A DNA stretch of 64,000 nucleotides from Bacillota bacterium (GTDB lineage: Bacteria; Bacillota_I; Bacilli_A; RF39; UBA660). A program made the translations under genes and the position numbers. The DNA lies in NCBI GenBank assembly GCA_023460995.1, contig JAEWOE010000001.1:10664-74663 (forward strand). Direction: 5' to 3'. The notes under the pieces were generated by a model. It did not search any database. It was not told the origin of the DNA and saw only the letters and a program-made list of their open reading frames with translations. Below are positions 1-8,884 of the stretch, one piece after another; the first letter of the stretch is position 1; the number at the start of each line of letters is the position of its first letter.

Positions 1-1
1 A

Positions 2-1180
2 AAGGAATTTTATTACTCATTTAAATATAGTTTAACTAGTGATAGTTTGAAATCTGTTGAAAGTGGAATGGTTATATATCGAACATTAGAAGCTAGTGTA
101 TCTAGTGACTCTAAGCTAGCTGGTGATAATAATGAAAGTTATTTTTCGATAATAGGTACTAATACAAGCGATATAAAGGAAGTAAATAACGGGACTTTTA
201 GTATTATAGATGGTGATTTATATACGGATAAAGATATTGATAATGGTAACAATGTTATTTTAATTTCTAAAGAACTTGCTCAGGAAAATGGATTAAAAGT
301 TGGAGATAGTATTAATTTACGCCGAAAGGTTGAAACATATACTGAAACAGAAACAAAATCTTTAGGTACAGTTACAAAGGAATATAAGATTGTTGGTATT
401 TTTGAGGCTAAATTAAATAAAATTACTGATAATGATGGAAAAGTAATAGATGAGTCTAATCCACTTGCTAACAGTATCTATATGCCTAATAATACAGTTA
501 AAATAGTACATGATGAAGTTGTTGGTTTGCTTAAGAAGTACAATGCTAATGAATATGATGATTTCAATATAAGTGCCTCATTTTATTTAAATAGTATTGG
601 TGATATAGAAAATTTTAATAATGATAATTTAAAGTTATTACCTACTGGATATAAATTTACTGATAATAGTAATCTTTATAGTAGTACTTTAGCACCTATT
701 TCTAGTATGGGAGGTATATCAAATTTTATTATGTATGCTGCTTTAATAGCGTCAATTATAATAATAGGTCTAATCTCTTTATTATTTTTTAGAGAAAGAA
801 GACATGAGATGGGTATTTACTTAGCTCTTGGTGAGCATAAGATTAATATTGCTATGCAAATACTAATTGAAACTTTAATTATATCTTTACTTGCAGTATT
901 TATTTCGATATTTACTGGTAATATGGTTGCTAAAAATATTTCTAATAATATGTTAGAAGACCAAATAGAAAATAAAGCAAGTAATGATGACTATTATTAT
1001 GATGAGTTTGGATATCAATTAAATTATAGTAAAGATGAGCTATTAGATAAATATAATGTCAAATTAGATGTTACTACTATTATTTTAATTTTTCTAATTA
1101 GTATAGGAAGTATTACTGTTTCAACTTTAATACCTATTTACTATACTTTAAAGATTAATCCTAAGAAAATACTTATGTAA
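2..1180 (+). CDS. ABC transporter permease, FtsX/MacB family (5' end cut by window edge)
   Basis: Reading frame is open back to base 2 with no stop. C-terminal FtsX-like TM bundle (FRERRHEMGIYLALGE...). Clear paralogue of the full-length permease at 20988..22523 (shared VISEELAEENDLKVGD / EIVGIYE blocks). Confidence 0.75.
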   Translation, partial: KEFYYSFKYSLTSDSLKSVESGMVIYRTLEASVSSDSKLAGDNNESYFSIIGTNTSDIKEVNNGTFSIIDGDLYTDKDIDNGNNVILISKELAQENGLKVGDSINLRRKVETYTETETKSLGTVTKEYKIVGIFEAKLNKITDNDGKVIDESNPLANSIYMPNNTVKIVHDEVVGLLKKYNANEYDDFNISASFYLNSIGDIENFNNDNLKLLPTGYKFTDNSNLYSSTLAPISSMGGISNFIMYAALIASIIIIGLISLLFFRERRHEMGIYLALGEHKINIAMQILIETLIISLLAVFISIFTGNMVAKNISNNMLEDQIENKASNDDYYYDEFGYQLNYSKDELLDKYNVKLDVTTIILIFLISIGSITVSTLIPIYYTLKINPKKILM

Positions 1181-1191
1181 GGAGAATTAGT

Positions 1192-1869
1192 ATGGAAAAT
1201 ATATTAAGCGTTAGTAATTTAAGTTACTATTATCAAGATGGTGATACTATAAGACATATTTTGAAAGATATAAATTTAAATTTTGATAAAGGTAAATTTT
1301 ATACCATATTAGGTGAAAGTGGCAGTGGTAAAACTACATTTCTTTCTCTAATATCTGCTTTAGAAGAGCAAAAACAAGGTAAAATTAAATATGATGGAAC
1401 TGATATTAGACAAATTGGTTTAGATAACTTTAGAAGAAATAAGATTGGTATTATATTTCAAAGTTATAATTTAATTCCTTATATGACTGCTTTAGAGAAC
1501 GTTTTAACAGCGATGTATATAACAGACAATAAAATACCAGGTAATTACAAAACAGTAGCTCTAAACCTATTAAAATACGTTGGAATAGATAATGATAAAG
1601 CCACAAGAGTTGTTAATAAACTTTCTGGTGGTGAACAACAAAGAGTTGCAATAGCAAGATCACTTTCTACAGATGTAGATATCATTCTAGCGGATGAACC
1701 AACAGGTAACTTAGATGAACAAATGTCAGATGAAATAGTTAAATTATTTTCTTCGTTAGCTCATGATCATAATAAATGTATTATTATGGTTACCCATTCT
1801 AAAGAAATAGCAGAAAAGTCTGATATGGTTTTAAGACTATATAAAGGTGTATTAAAAGAAAATGAGTAG
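1192..1869 (+). CDS. ABC transporter ATP-binding protein (MacB-type ATPase)
   Basis: Walker A GESGSGKTT, ABC signature LSGGEQQRVAIARSL, Walker B ILADEPTGNLD. 8-nt overlap with the next gene. Paralogue of 20320..20982. Confidence 0.85.
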   Translation: MENILSVSNLSYYYQDGDTIRHILKDINLNFDKGKFYTILGESGSGKTTFLSLISALEEQKQGKIKYDGTDIRQIGLDNFRRNKIGIIFQSYNLIPYMTALENVLTAMYITDNKIPGNYKTVALNLLKYVGIDNDKATRVVNKLSGGEQQRVAIARSLSTDVDIILADEPTGNLDEQMSDEIVKLFSSLAHDHNKCIIMVTHSKEIAEKSDMVLRLYKGVLKENE

Positions 1870-3094
1870 TTTTTTAGACAACTTCACAGAAGAAGAAAAA
1901 CAAGATAGTAATGGGATAAAAACAACTGAATATGAAGTAGATATAGATAAAAAGTATAAAAGTAAAAAGACTAAAAGATTAGTCATTGAAGTACTAGTTA
2001 TAGTATTTATTAGTATTTGTATAATATTTACTATAATTTATATGTCTAAAGTAGAGGTACCAAACTTTAATAATCAGTTAGTATCCATTGCAGATAAATG
2101 GGGTTCTAACAACGATATAGATATAGTAAAAAGCGAAGAATATAGTGATGAATTTTTAGAAGGATATATTATAAGTCAAAGTGTAGAAAATGGTACCAGA
2201 ATATCTAAAAAAAATAATTTAAAACTTGTTGTTAGTAAAGGACCAGATCCTGAGGAAGTAATTAAAGTACCTGACTTCAGTACTATGACAGGAGCTGAAA
2301 TTAAAAATTGGGTTAATGAAAATAAATTAAGTAATACTACTATTACAGAAAAAAACTCTACTCTAATAGAAGCCGGCAAATTAATTAGTTATACATTTGA
2401 AAGTGTTATTGTAGACAAAGAAAATTTTAGAAGAAGCGATGTTTTAAATATCATCATTTCTAAAGGTAACACCACATATGAAAAAGATATAGAAGTAATA
2501 AATTTAGTATCTAAAACAAAAGAAGAAGTTTCTAAGTGGTGTACAGATAATAATTTAATATGTAATTATGCAGAAGTGCTTTCGGAAACTTATGAAAGTG
2601 GTAAAATTGTGTCTCAGTCAGTAAAAGCCATGGAAACTATTTCAAAAGATCAAATACTTAATTTTGAAGTATCTGTAGGAAAAGGGATAATAGTACCTAA
2701 TTATTCAAATGTCACTAGTGAAAACGCAAGCAGTATAAATACAAAGTTTGATATTAAATTAAAATATGTATATAATATGGTTACTAGTTATGGAAAACTG
2801 ATATCGCAAAGTGTTAAAGCAGGTAGTAAAAGATTAGAAACAGATAATAAAATAGAACTAGTTTATTCACTAGGAAGACCATATTTTAGCAATCTAGTAG
2901 GAACAAGCGTTAGTGAAGTAGCAAAAATATTTTATGATTATAATCAAAAAGGAGTTAACTTTACTTATGAAATACTTTATGTTAACAGTGATAAAGAAAA
3001 AGGAAGTATAATTGAAACTTCTAAATCAAATGAATTTGTTACAACAAGCGAAAACATTATAATTAAAGTTAGTAACGGAGTAGTAGGTGATTAA
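1862..3094 (+). CDS. single-pass membrane protein with about 5 tandem PASTA-like domains, no kinase or PBP domain
   Basis: Short charged N-terminus, one TM (LVIEVLVIVFISICIIFTIIY), then a repeated block G(K/Y)(L/I)ISQSV..G..ISK...L.L.VSKG recurring about 5 times (PASTA hallmark 'G.VISQSP.AG..V..GS.V.L.VSKG'). Start overlaps the ATPase stop; ends 2 nt before the sigma gene. Confidence 0.55.
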   Translation: MSSFLDNFTEEEKQDSNGIKTTEYEVDIDKKYKSKKTKRLVIEVLVIVFISICIIFTIIYMSKVEVPNFNNQLVSIADKWGSNNDIDIVKSEEYSDEFLEGYIISQSVENGTRISKKNNLKLVVSKGPDPEEVIKVPDFSTMTGAEIKNWVNENKLSNTTITEKNSTLIEAGKLISYTFESVIVDKENFRRSDVLNIIISKGNTTYEKDIEVINLVSKTKEEVSKWCTDNNLICNYAEVLSETYESGKIVSQSVKAMETISKDQILNFEVSVGKGIIVPNYSNVTSENASSINTKFDIKLKYVYNMVTSYGKLISQSVKAGSKRLETDNKIELVYSLGRPYFSNLVGTSVSEVAKIFYDYNQKGVNFTYEILYVNSDKEKGSIIETSKSNEFVTTSENIIIKVSNGVVGD

Positions 3095-3096
3095 TA

Positions 3097-3882
3097 ATGA
3101 GAATAAAACTAAATACAATTTTTGAGTTGCTTAGAAACTATGATACTTATGGTTTTGAACTACTTTACGAAAATTATTTTAGATTAATGTATGGTGTTGC
3201 TTTTTCTATTAGTAAGAACGATGAAACGAGTAAAGACGCAATTCAAAATACCATGTTTAATTTATACAAACTTGACTGTAATAAGTTTCCTACCAATAAT
3301 GAATTAAGCTGGCTTTACAAAGTAGTAAAAAATGAAACATTACAGCTTCTTAGAAAAGAAAAGGCAAAAATATCTATTGATGATATTGCGGAATTACCTG
3401 ATCTTAACAACGATATTAATTTAGTTGTAGATATGGATTCTTATGAACAGTTAGTTATGCAACTAAATGATCGGCAAAGAAAAATAGTAACTTTAAAAAT
3501 TGTCAGTGGTTTAACTCATAAAGAAATATCAGAAATGTTAGATATTCCTCTAGGTACAGTAATGTGGAGTTATAATACATCAATAAGGAAACTTAGACTT
3601 GTTCTTAGTGGATTAACTTCTGTGTTCTTATTAAGCTTAGGAACCGTCTTATATAGGTTATTTGATGCAAAAACAAAGGTAAGTCCATTAATAAGTGAAT
3701 CATATACTACTCTAGAATATTATCCATCTAGTAAAGTAGGTGGAAGTACAGAAATCGTAAGTAATTTTAATATAGATATAGTTTTATATATAATTATGAT
3801 TGGTATGCTAATTTCATTTATATTATTATTTATCAAATCTGATAAAATTCCTAACAGAACTCTTTACAAAAGAAATAGATAA
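3097..3882 (+). CDS. RNA polymerase sigma-70 family (ECF-like) factor with C-terminal membrane anchor (2 predicted TM helices)
   Basis: Region 2-like block (YENYFRLMYGVAFSISKNDETSKDAIQNTMFNLYK) and canonical region 4 HTH (LNDRQRKIVTLKIVSGLTHKEISEMLDIPLGTVMWSYNTSIRKLR), followed by hydrophobic helices LTSVFLLSLGTVLYRLF and IVLYIIMIGMLISFILLFI. RBS GTAGGTGA 6 nt upstream of the ATG. Confidence 0.6.
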   Translation: MRIKLNTIFELLRNYDTYGFELLYENYFRLMYGVAFSISKNDETSKDAIQNTMFNLYKLDCNKFPTNNELSWLYKVVKNETLQLLRKEKAKISIDDIAELPDLNNDINLVVDMDSYEQLVMQLNDRQRKIVTLKIVSGLTHKEISEMLDIPLGTVMWSYNTSIRKLRLVLSGLTSVFLLSLGTVLYRLFDAKTKVSPLISESYTTLEYYPSSKVGGSTEIVSNFNIDIVLYIIMIGMLISFILLFIKSDKIPNRTLYKRNR

Positions 3883-3978
3883 GCATTATTATTAAAATAC
3901 ATAATATGAACGGTAGTAGGTTAGGGGACTTTACTTAAATTAAAACATATTGTTATTTTTGATTTAAGTAGATATTTT

Positions 3979-3999
3979 AAGACTTTATAAGTCTTTTTT
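3979..3999 (+). terminator. weak rho-independent terminator after the sigma-factor operon
   Basis: Inverted repeat aagact-ttata-agtctt followed by TTTT. Confidence 0.35.
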
Positions 4000-4076
4000 G
4001 TTATCATGATACAAAAAGTATTTACAAAAAAAATTTATAAATATATAATTAATATTATTAATGGGGGAAAAATATA

Positions 4077-4630
4077 ATGAGTTTTAACACAGAAATAGCT
4101 GAAGAAATATCAAAAATGCAAGAAGATGCATTATTTATTATTGATAATGAGATAGTAGAAATTTATTATAAGTTTATTTCTTATATTCCTGAAAAATGGA
4201 ATATATCTAAGATACTTCAAAAAAGTTCAGTAGATTTATCGGTACAAGAAATAGATATTTTAAAACAAATAAAAATTGATAATAATAATAGTGAAGTGTT
4301 TTTAGAATATTTAAAAAATATTTTGATAAAAATTCAATAGAAGATTTAGCTAAACTAAAATTAACGGATGAGGAATATAATCTTTGTATTAACAATATAA
4401 AAAAATATTGTATTTTTCCAACTGAAGAGTTAAATGTTATAGTAAACGATTTAAGTAAAAAAAATTGCAATGATAGATCTATATTAGAAGAATTTATATT
4501 ACATGAGCTAAGATCAATATTATTTGCTAGAAATATAAAAAAATTATCTAATGATATTGATACTAAAACAGAAAAAAACTTTCAGATGCGTTATAAAAGT
4601 TCTATATATGTTCAAAAAAACAGTATTTAA
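4077..4630 (+). pseudogene. hypothetical gene split by a frameshift at an A6 tract (4313-4318); possible pseudogene or phase-off state
   Basis: ORF 4077..4340 stops at TAG; the +2 frame is open from 4295 to about 4630 (…YFDKNSIEDLAKLKLTDEEYNL…VQKNSI). One extra A in AAAAAA at 4313-4318 would fuse both into an approximately 185-aa protein (EYLKKYFDKNS…). Confidence 0.35.
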
Positions 4631-4725
4631 TTACTGAATATAATATATATTATGTTAACTTCTTGAAATAAAAACATTTTGTATATTTAATTAATTATTG
4701 CCAATACTATTATTGGGTGATTAAA

Positions 4726-4941
4726 ATGAGAAAGAATAATAATTCAAAACAGTCTACAACAACAAGTAAGTCTAGCAATAATAGTCAAGTAACTAATAAG
4801 AAATCTAACAACGTTACAAATAAAAATTCAAATAATGTTACAAATAAAAAAAGCGATGTTGGATTCGTTACTGACAATGCTAATTCTTTCAGGTATGATC
4901 CTGAAGAAGAACATTCCTTCGACGTAACTGATTGTAGATAA
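4726..4941 (+). CDS. small low-complexity Asn/Lys/Ser/Thr-rich protein with 3 x 24-nt tandem repeats
   Basis: ATG at 4726 with RBS GGGTGA 5 nt upstream. Imperfect 24-nt repeats 4786..4857 encode (S/N)NNVTNK(K/N)S. Imperfect hairpin plus T-run downstream. Confidence 0.3.
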   Translation: MRKNNNSKQSTTTSKSSNNSQVTNKKSNNVTNKNSNNVTNKKSDVGFVTDNANSFRYDPEEEHSFDVTDCR

Positions 4942-5372
4942 CCCAGAAAGAGACGGCTATTAGCCCCTCTTTTCTTTTTTTCATTTTTAATGACAAAACG
5001 AGATTGAGAACTATGCAACTTTATATATGTCGGTGCACCAGGATGCGCCTTCTTTTTATTATATATATATCGTCTATATATGTAGTATATAACAGTAATT
5101 ATATTATTTTAGTTAATAAGCTTATATTTAGAAAAACTAACGACTTCATGATGTATTATCATTTTAAATATATAAAAAGAAAAAAGGGGACTTCCCCTTT
5201 TTATTTTAATTTATTATATTTTTCATAAAAAATTATTTTTTTACTGATTTAGTTATTCTAATAATTATAAAAAAAAACATATATCATTTCATAATTACTT
5301 TTATAATCAAATATATGTTTATGATAGATATAAAATATTGTAAGGTTGAAATTGTAGTATCTCTCCCCTAGC

Positions 5373-5606
5373 CTATTTTAATTTCTTTTTTTCAAAACCA
5401 TTTTTTCCTAAATCAAAACCGTTTAATTGCATTTTTATAATAATATGATTGATGTCAGTATCTTTTAAACCTAGATTTTTGAAATCTTTTCTTTTTAACA
5501 TGCATATGTCTTTTATCTTGCTTAATTTGTTAGATTTAAGTAACATCTCAATTTCGTTAGAAATATTTAATATTTTAATATCGTCAGTGTTGTACAACGT
5601 ATCCAT
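5373..5606 (-). CDS. small helix-hairpin-helix protein (RNAP alpha-CTD-like fold, tentative)
   Basis: RBS AGGAG 7 nt upstream of the ATG at 5606. Sequence ILNISNEIEMLLKSNKLSKIKDICMLKRKDFKNLGLKDTDINHIIIKMQLNGF resembles HhH / RpoA C-terminal-domain architecture. Lies immediately downstream of the CarD-family gene. Confidence 0.4.
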   Translation of the reverse strand: MDTLYNTDDIKILNISNEIEMLLKSNKLSKIKDICMLKRKDFKNLGLKDTDINHIIIKMQLNGFDLGKNGFEKKKLK

Positions 5607-5632
5607 AATTTTACTCCTGTTATTATCTATAC

Positions 5633-6127
5633 CTATTTTTTTAATTCTTCAACTTTATTATGAACATATTTCTTTGTTTGTTCGTAAGATAAGCCTAGTA
5701 CAATAGAAAACTCATTATATAGAGATTGCTCTGCTAATTTAAGATAATTAGTATCTGTTGCTCCAGCCTTTTTTCCATCAATTATTTTCGTTTCATTTCG
5801 TAAATAAGCTGTCTTAATTATTCTAATTAAGTCTTCATGTTTACCAGTCATAATTAAATCTTTATAAATATAAATAATAGGTTTGTTACCAATACTATTT
5901 ACTTCTTCAATATTAGGTATGTTATTAATTAAACTTTCTACTTCCTGCTTTGTCATAATAGATCTAATAATACCATTTTTATCTTCGACAGGTAGTGAAA
6001 TAGTAAGAGATTCGTCTTCAATTGGACTCAATATATAATAATCCATATCCCCATAGTACTTTTCTTTAATTTCTTTAACTTTACAAATGTTTTTTTTGAA
6101 GACCACATATTCCCCTTGTTTAAACAT
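5633..6127 (-). CDS. CarD/CdnL family transcriptional regulator
   Basis: N-terminus MFKQGEYVVFKKNICKVKEIKEK matches the CarD_CdnL_TRCF N-terminal motif. Start moved to the ATG at 6127, which has RBS GGAGGTG 6 nt upstream (the ORF track begins earlier at a non-ATG). Confidence 0.7.
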   Translation of the reverse strand: MFKQGEYVVFKKNICKVKEIKEKYYGDMDYYILSPIEDESLTISLPVEDKNGIIRSIMTKQEVESLINNIPNIEEVNSIGNKPIIYIYKDLIMTGKHEDLIRIIKTAYLRNETKIIDGKKAGATDTNYLKLAEQSLYNEFSIVLGLSYEQTKKYVHNKVEELKK

Positions 6128-6146
6128 AAAATACACCTCCTCTAAT

Positions 6147-6192
6147 AGAAAAAGAGTAGTTTGCAACTGGACTTACGCCTGCAAAGCTACTC
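6147..6192 (-). terminator. rho-independent terminator downstream of deoB
   Basis: 12-bp stem gagtagctttgca / tgcaaa(g)ctactc with a 14-nt loop, followed on the minus strand by a TTTTTCT run. Confidence 0.5.
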
Positions 6193-6312
6193 GTTGTATT
6201 TATATTATACCATTTTTTATAGTTAAATGTAAGTCAAACCTTCCAATTATCGAATTATAACGTATTGTTATACCTGTTTAACATAATCTAAACTAATAAT
6301 AAAGATGAAATG

Positions 6313-7509
6313 CTACTTTAATTTACTTAGAAAACTAGTTCCTACTGGAGCATTAACTTTAAAATTATCTGCTATAGTTGCTCCTAGATCTGCAAATGTA
6401 GCAAGTTCATCTAATTTCTTAGGTTGTTTTAAACTAGATGAATATACAAAAACTGGTACATCTTCTCTAGTATGATCAGTTCCTTTAAATGTGGGGTCAT
6501 TGCCATGATCTGCAGTTATAATAAGTAAATCATCGTCATTTAAATGCGCTAGAATATGTGGTAGTGCTTCATCAACTTCTCTAAGAGCATCACCATATCC
6601 TTTGACATCTCTTCTATGTCCATATTTGCTATCAAAATCATTTAAATTAGCAAAACATAATCCTGTGAAATCTTCATGTAGTTTTTTCATGAAGCTTCTA
6701 ATGCCTTCAGTATTATCACCAGTATGAGTACTTTCAGTAATTCCACAGTCATTAAAAATATCTGCAATTTTACCTATTGATATTACATCTAAATTATTAC
6801 TTTTTAAATTATCTAATACAGTATTATTAACTGGATCTAAGGCATAATCTTTTCTGTTTCCAGTTCTTACAAAACTACCAGGATTACCTGTAAATGGTCT
6901 AGCTATGATTCTTCCAACTTTCCATTCTTCATTTAATGTAAGCTGTCTTGCCATTTCACATACCTTATATAATTCTTCTAATGGAATAATGCTTTCATGT
7001 GCTGCGATTTGTAATACTGAATCGGCAGAAGTATACACGATAAGAGCACCAGTTGCAATTTGTTCTCTACCTAATCTTTCAATTATTTCGGTCCCTGAAG
7101 CATTGCAATTACCTATAACTTTTCTACCACTCGCTTCTTCTAATGCAGTTATTAACTCTTTAGGAAAACCAGTGTTAGTATAGGTTTTAAAAGGAATTTT
7201 AGTAATAATACCCATCATTTCTAAATGACCTGTTAAAGTATCTTTACCATTACTTACTTCCCTAGCTTTAGTATAATAACTCATTGTTGGAAAATTAGTA
7301 TTATTTACAATATTAAATAACCCAAATTTAGCAAAATTTTTATACTGATGTGTAGTGTTATCAATAACATGTTTTAATGTATGGGCCCCTTTATCACCAA
7401 AATCAGCTGCATCTCTAGCCTCCCCTGCCCCTACTGAATCAAGTACAACTAGAAATATTCTTTTAAACCTATATGTTTCTTTTCTTTTTCCAAAATTAAA
7501 AATTCCCAT
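6313..7509 (-). CDS. deoB: phosphopentomutase
   Basis: RIFLVVLDSVGAGEARDAADFGDKGAHTL… matches the DeoB N-terminus. Start set at the ATG 7509, which has RBS GGAGG 6 nt upstream. Lies 1 nt downstream of the xerD stop, the same gene order as ripX-drm in Bacillus. Confidence 0.85.
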   Translation of the reverse strand: MGIFNFGKRKETYRFKRIFLVVLDSVGAGEARDAADFGDKGAHTLKHVIDNTTHQYKNFAKFGLFNIVNNTNFPTMSYYTKAREVSNGKDTLTGHLEMMGIITKIPFKTYTNTGFPKELITALEEASGRKVIGNCNASGTEIIERLGREQIATGALIVYTSADSVLQIAAHESIIPLEELYKVCEMARQLTLNEEWKVGRIIARPFTGNPGSFVRTGNRKDYALDPVNNTVLDNLKSNNLDVISIGKIADIFNDCGITESTHTGDNTEGIRSFMKKLHEDFTGLCFANLNDFDSKYGHRRDVKGYGDALREVDEALPHILAHLNDDDLLIITADHGNDPTFKGTDHTREDVPVFVYSSSLKQPKKLDELATFADLGATIADNFKVNAPVGTSFLSKLK

Positions 7510-7510
7510 C

Positions 7511-8425
7511 TTATTCCTCCCTACTATGCGGATGTGATTCATCATAGTTTTTTCTTAACTTTTCTGTCGCAACGTGTGTATATATACCTGTCGTTGATAA
7601 ATTAGAGTGTCCAAGCATTTCTTGAATACTTCTTAAATCAGCTCCATTATCAAGTAAATGTGAAGCAAAAGAATGTCTTAATGTATGAGGTGATAATTCT
7701 TTATTAATATCCTTTTCTTTTACTAAAGCTTTTAATATTTTAAAAAAGCCTTGCCTCGTCATCCCTAACCCATGATTATTTAAAAACAATTTATCGCACA
7801 CTCTGTTTTTTAGCATACTGATTCTGTATTCTTCTATATATGTTTTAACCGAATCACGAGCATAATCTCCAATAGGTATAATTCTCTCTTTATTTCCTTT
7901 ACCTATAGTTCTTACTATATCACTATCTAGATTAATATCATTTATATTTAAGTTTATTAATTCACTAACTCTAAGACCTGATCCATACATAAGTTCAAGC
8001 ATTGCCTTATTTCTGGCTGAAAAACTATCAACTATTTTAATATCTAATAGGCTGTCTATTTCATCTAAGGATAGAACATTAGGTAAAGATTTAGTTATCT
8101 TAGGCAGTTCTATTTTATCCATTGGATTGTAATTCATTCTACCAGTTATATTCATGTATTTATAAAAAGTTTTTAAGGATGATATATTTCTAGCAATAGT
8201 TTTATTGTTTATTTTTTTAATATCTAAATATTTTAAGTAATCGAAAACATTGTCATCAGTTATTTTTTCTGGTTTTATTTTTAAATATAATAGAAACTTT
8301 TTAATATCTTCAATATAAGATAATTTAGTGTTATCACTATATTTTCTATCAATTAATAAATAAATAGAAAAATCATCAAGAATAGGTTTTATTTCTTTAT
8401 AAAATTCTTTTTCAACCACTTGCAT
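7511..8425 (-). CDS. xerD: site-specific tyrosine recombinase XerD
   Basis: C-terminal catalytic region RHSFASHLLDNGADLRSIQEMLGHSNLSTTGIYTHV (R..H..R..Y motifs). Size 304 aa. Sits upstream of deoB. Confidence 0.8.
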   Translation of the reverse strand: MQVVEKEFYKEIKPILDDFSIYLLIDRKYSDNTKLSYIEDIKKFLLYLKIKPEKITDDNVFDYLKYLDIKKINNKTIARNISSLKTFYKYMNITGRMNYNPMDKIELPKITKSLPNVLSLDEIDSLLDIKIVDSFSARNKAMLELMYGSGLRVSELINLNINDINLDSDIVRTIGKGNKERIIPIGDYARDSVKTYIEEYRISMLKNRVCDKLFLNNHGLGMTRQGFFKILKALVKEKDINKELSPHTLRHSFASHLLDNGADLRSIQEMLGHSNLSTTGIYTHVATEKLRKNYDESHPHSREE

Positions 8426-8545
8426 ATCATCACCATACTAATTATAACAAATTTTTTATCTTTTGAACTAATTTTGTCAAATAAAAATGTATTTATTTTT
8501 TGTTGTATTAACTTTTATAAGCAACAAAAAAAGCGCAAATGCACT

Positions 8546-8746
8546 TTATACCATAAAATATTCTGTTAAAATATACCCAAGTACTAATAATATTACAATT
8601 GCTGTTCCGATCATAATTAATTTTGAAGAGTCTAATTGATCTTTTCGACTCATAGTTTTACTTACTGTATTTTCTTTTTGTGTTGTTTTTTTCTTCTTAG
8701 GTGTTGCATTCTTTGCAGTAACTTTTTTAGCTGACTTGTTTGCCAT
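8546..8746 (-). CDS. small Lys-rich single-TM protein (hypothetical)
   Basis: 66-aa ORF with a basic N-terminus and one TM (LIMIGTAIVILLVLGYIL). No homology recognised. Confidence 0.3.
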   Translation of the reverse strand: MANKSAKKVTAKNATPKKKKTTQKENTVSKTMSRKDQLDSSKLIMIGTAIVILLVLGYILTEYFMV

Positions 8747-8884
8747 ACAATCACTCCTATTCTAAATTAATTATATCTTTTCAAACATCTATTGTCAATA
8801 TCACATATATCGACAAATTAATTGACTATACCTTCTATTTGTGATATTTTTAAAATGTAATTGTTATATGAGAGGATGATAAGA

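Noticed and set aside
4207-5706. Short ORFs 4207..4470(-), 4785..5018(-), 5004..5228(+), 5449..5706(+)
   Set aside because: They overlap better-supported features or AT-rich intergenic DNA. Their translations are low-complexity and no translation signals were found.
6200-6312. Candidate carD promoter TTACAT-17-TGgTATAAT upstream of the deoB terminator
   Set aside because: It would initiate transcription straight into the terminator hairpin, so the relationship between promoter and terminator is unclear. Left unannotated.
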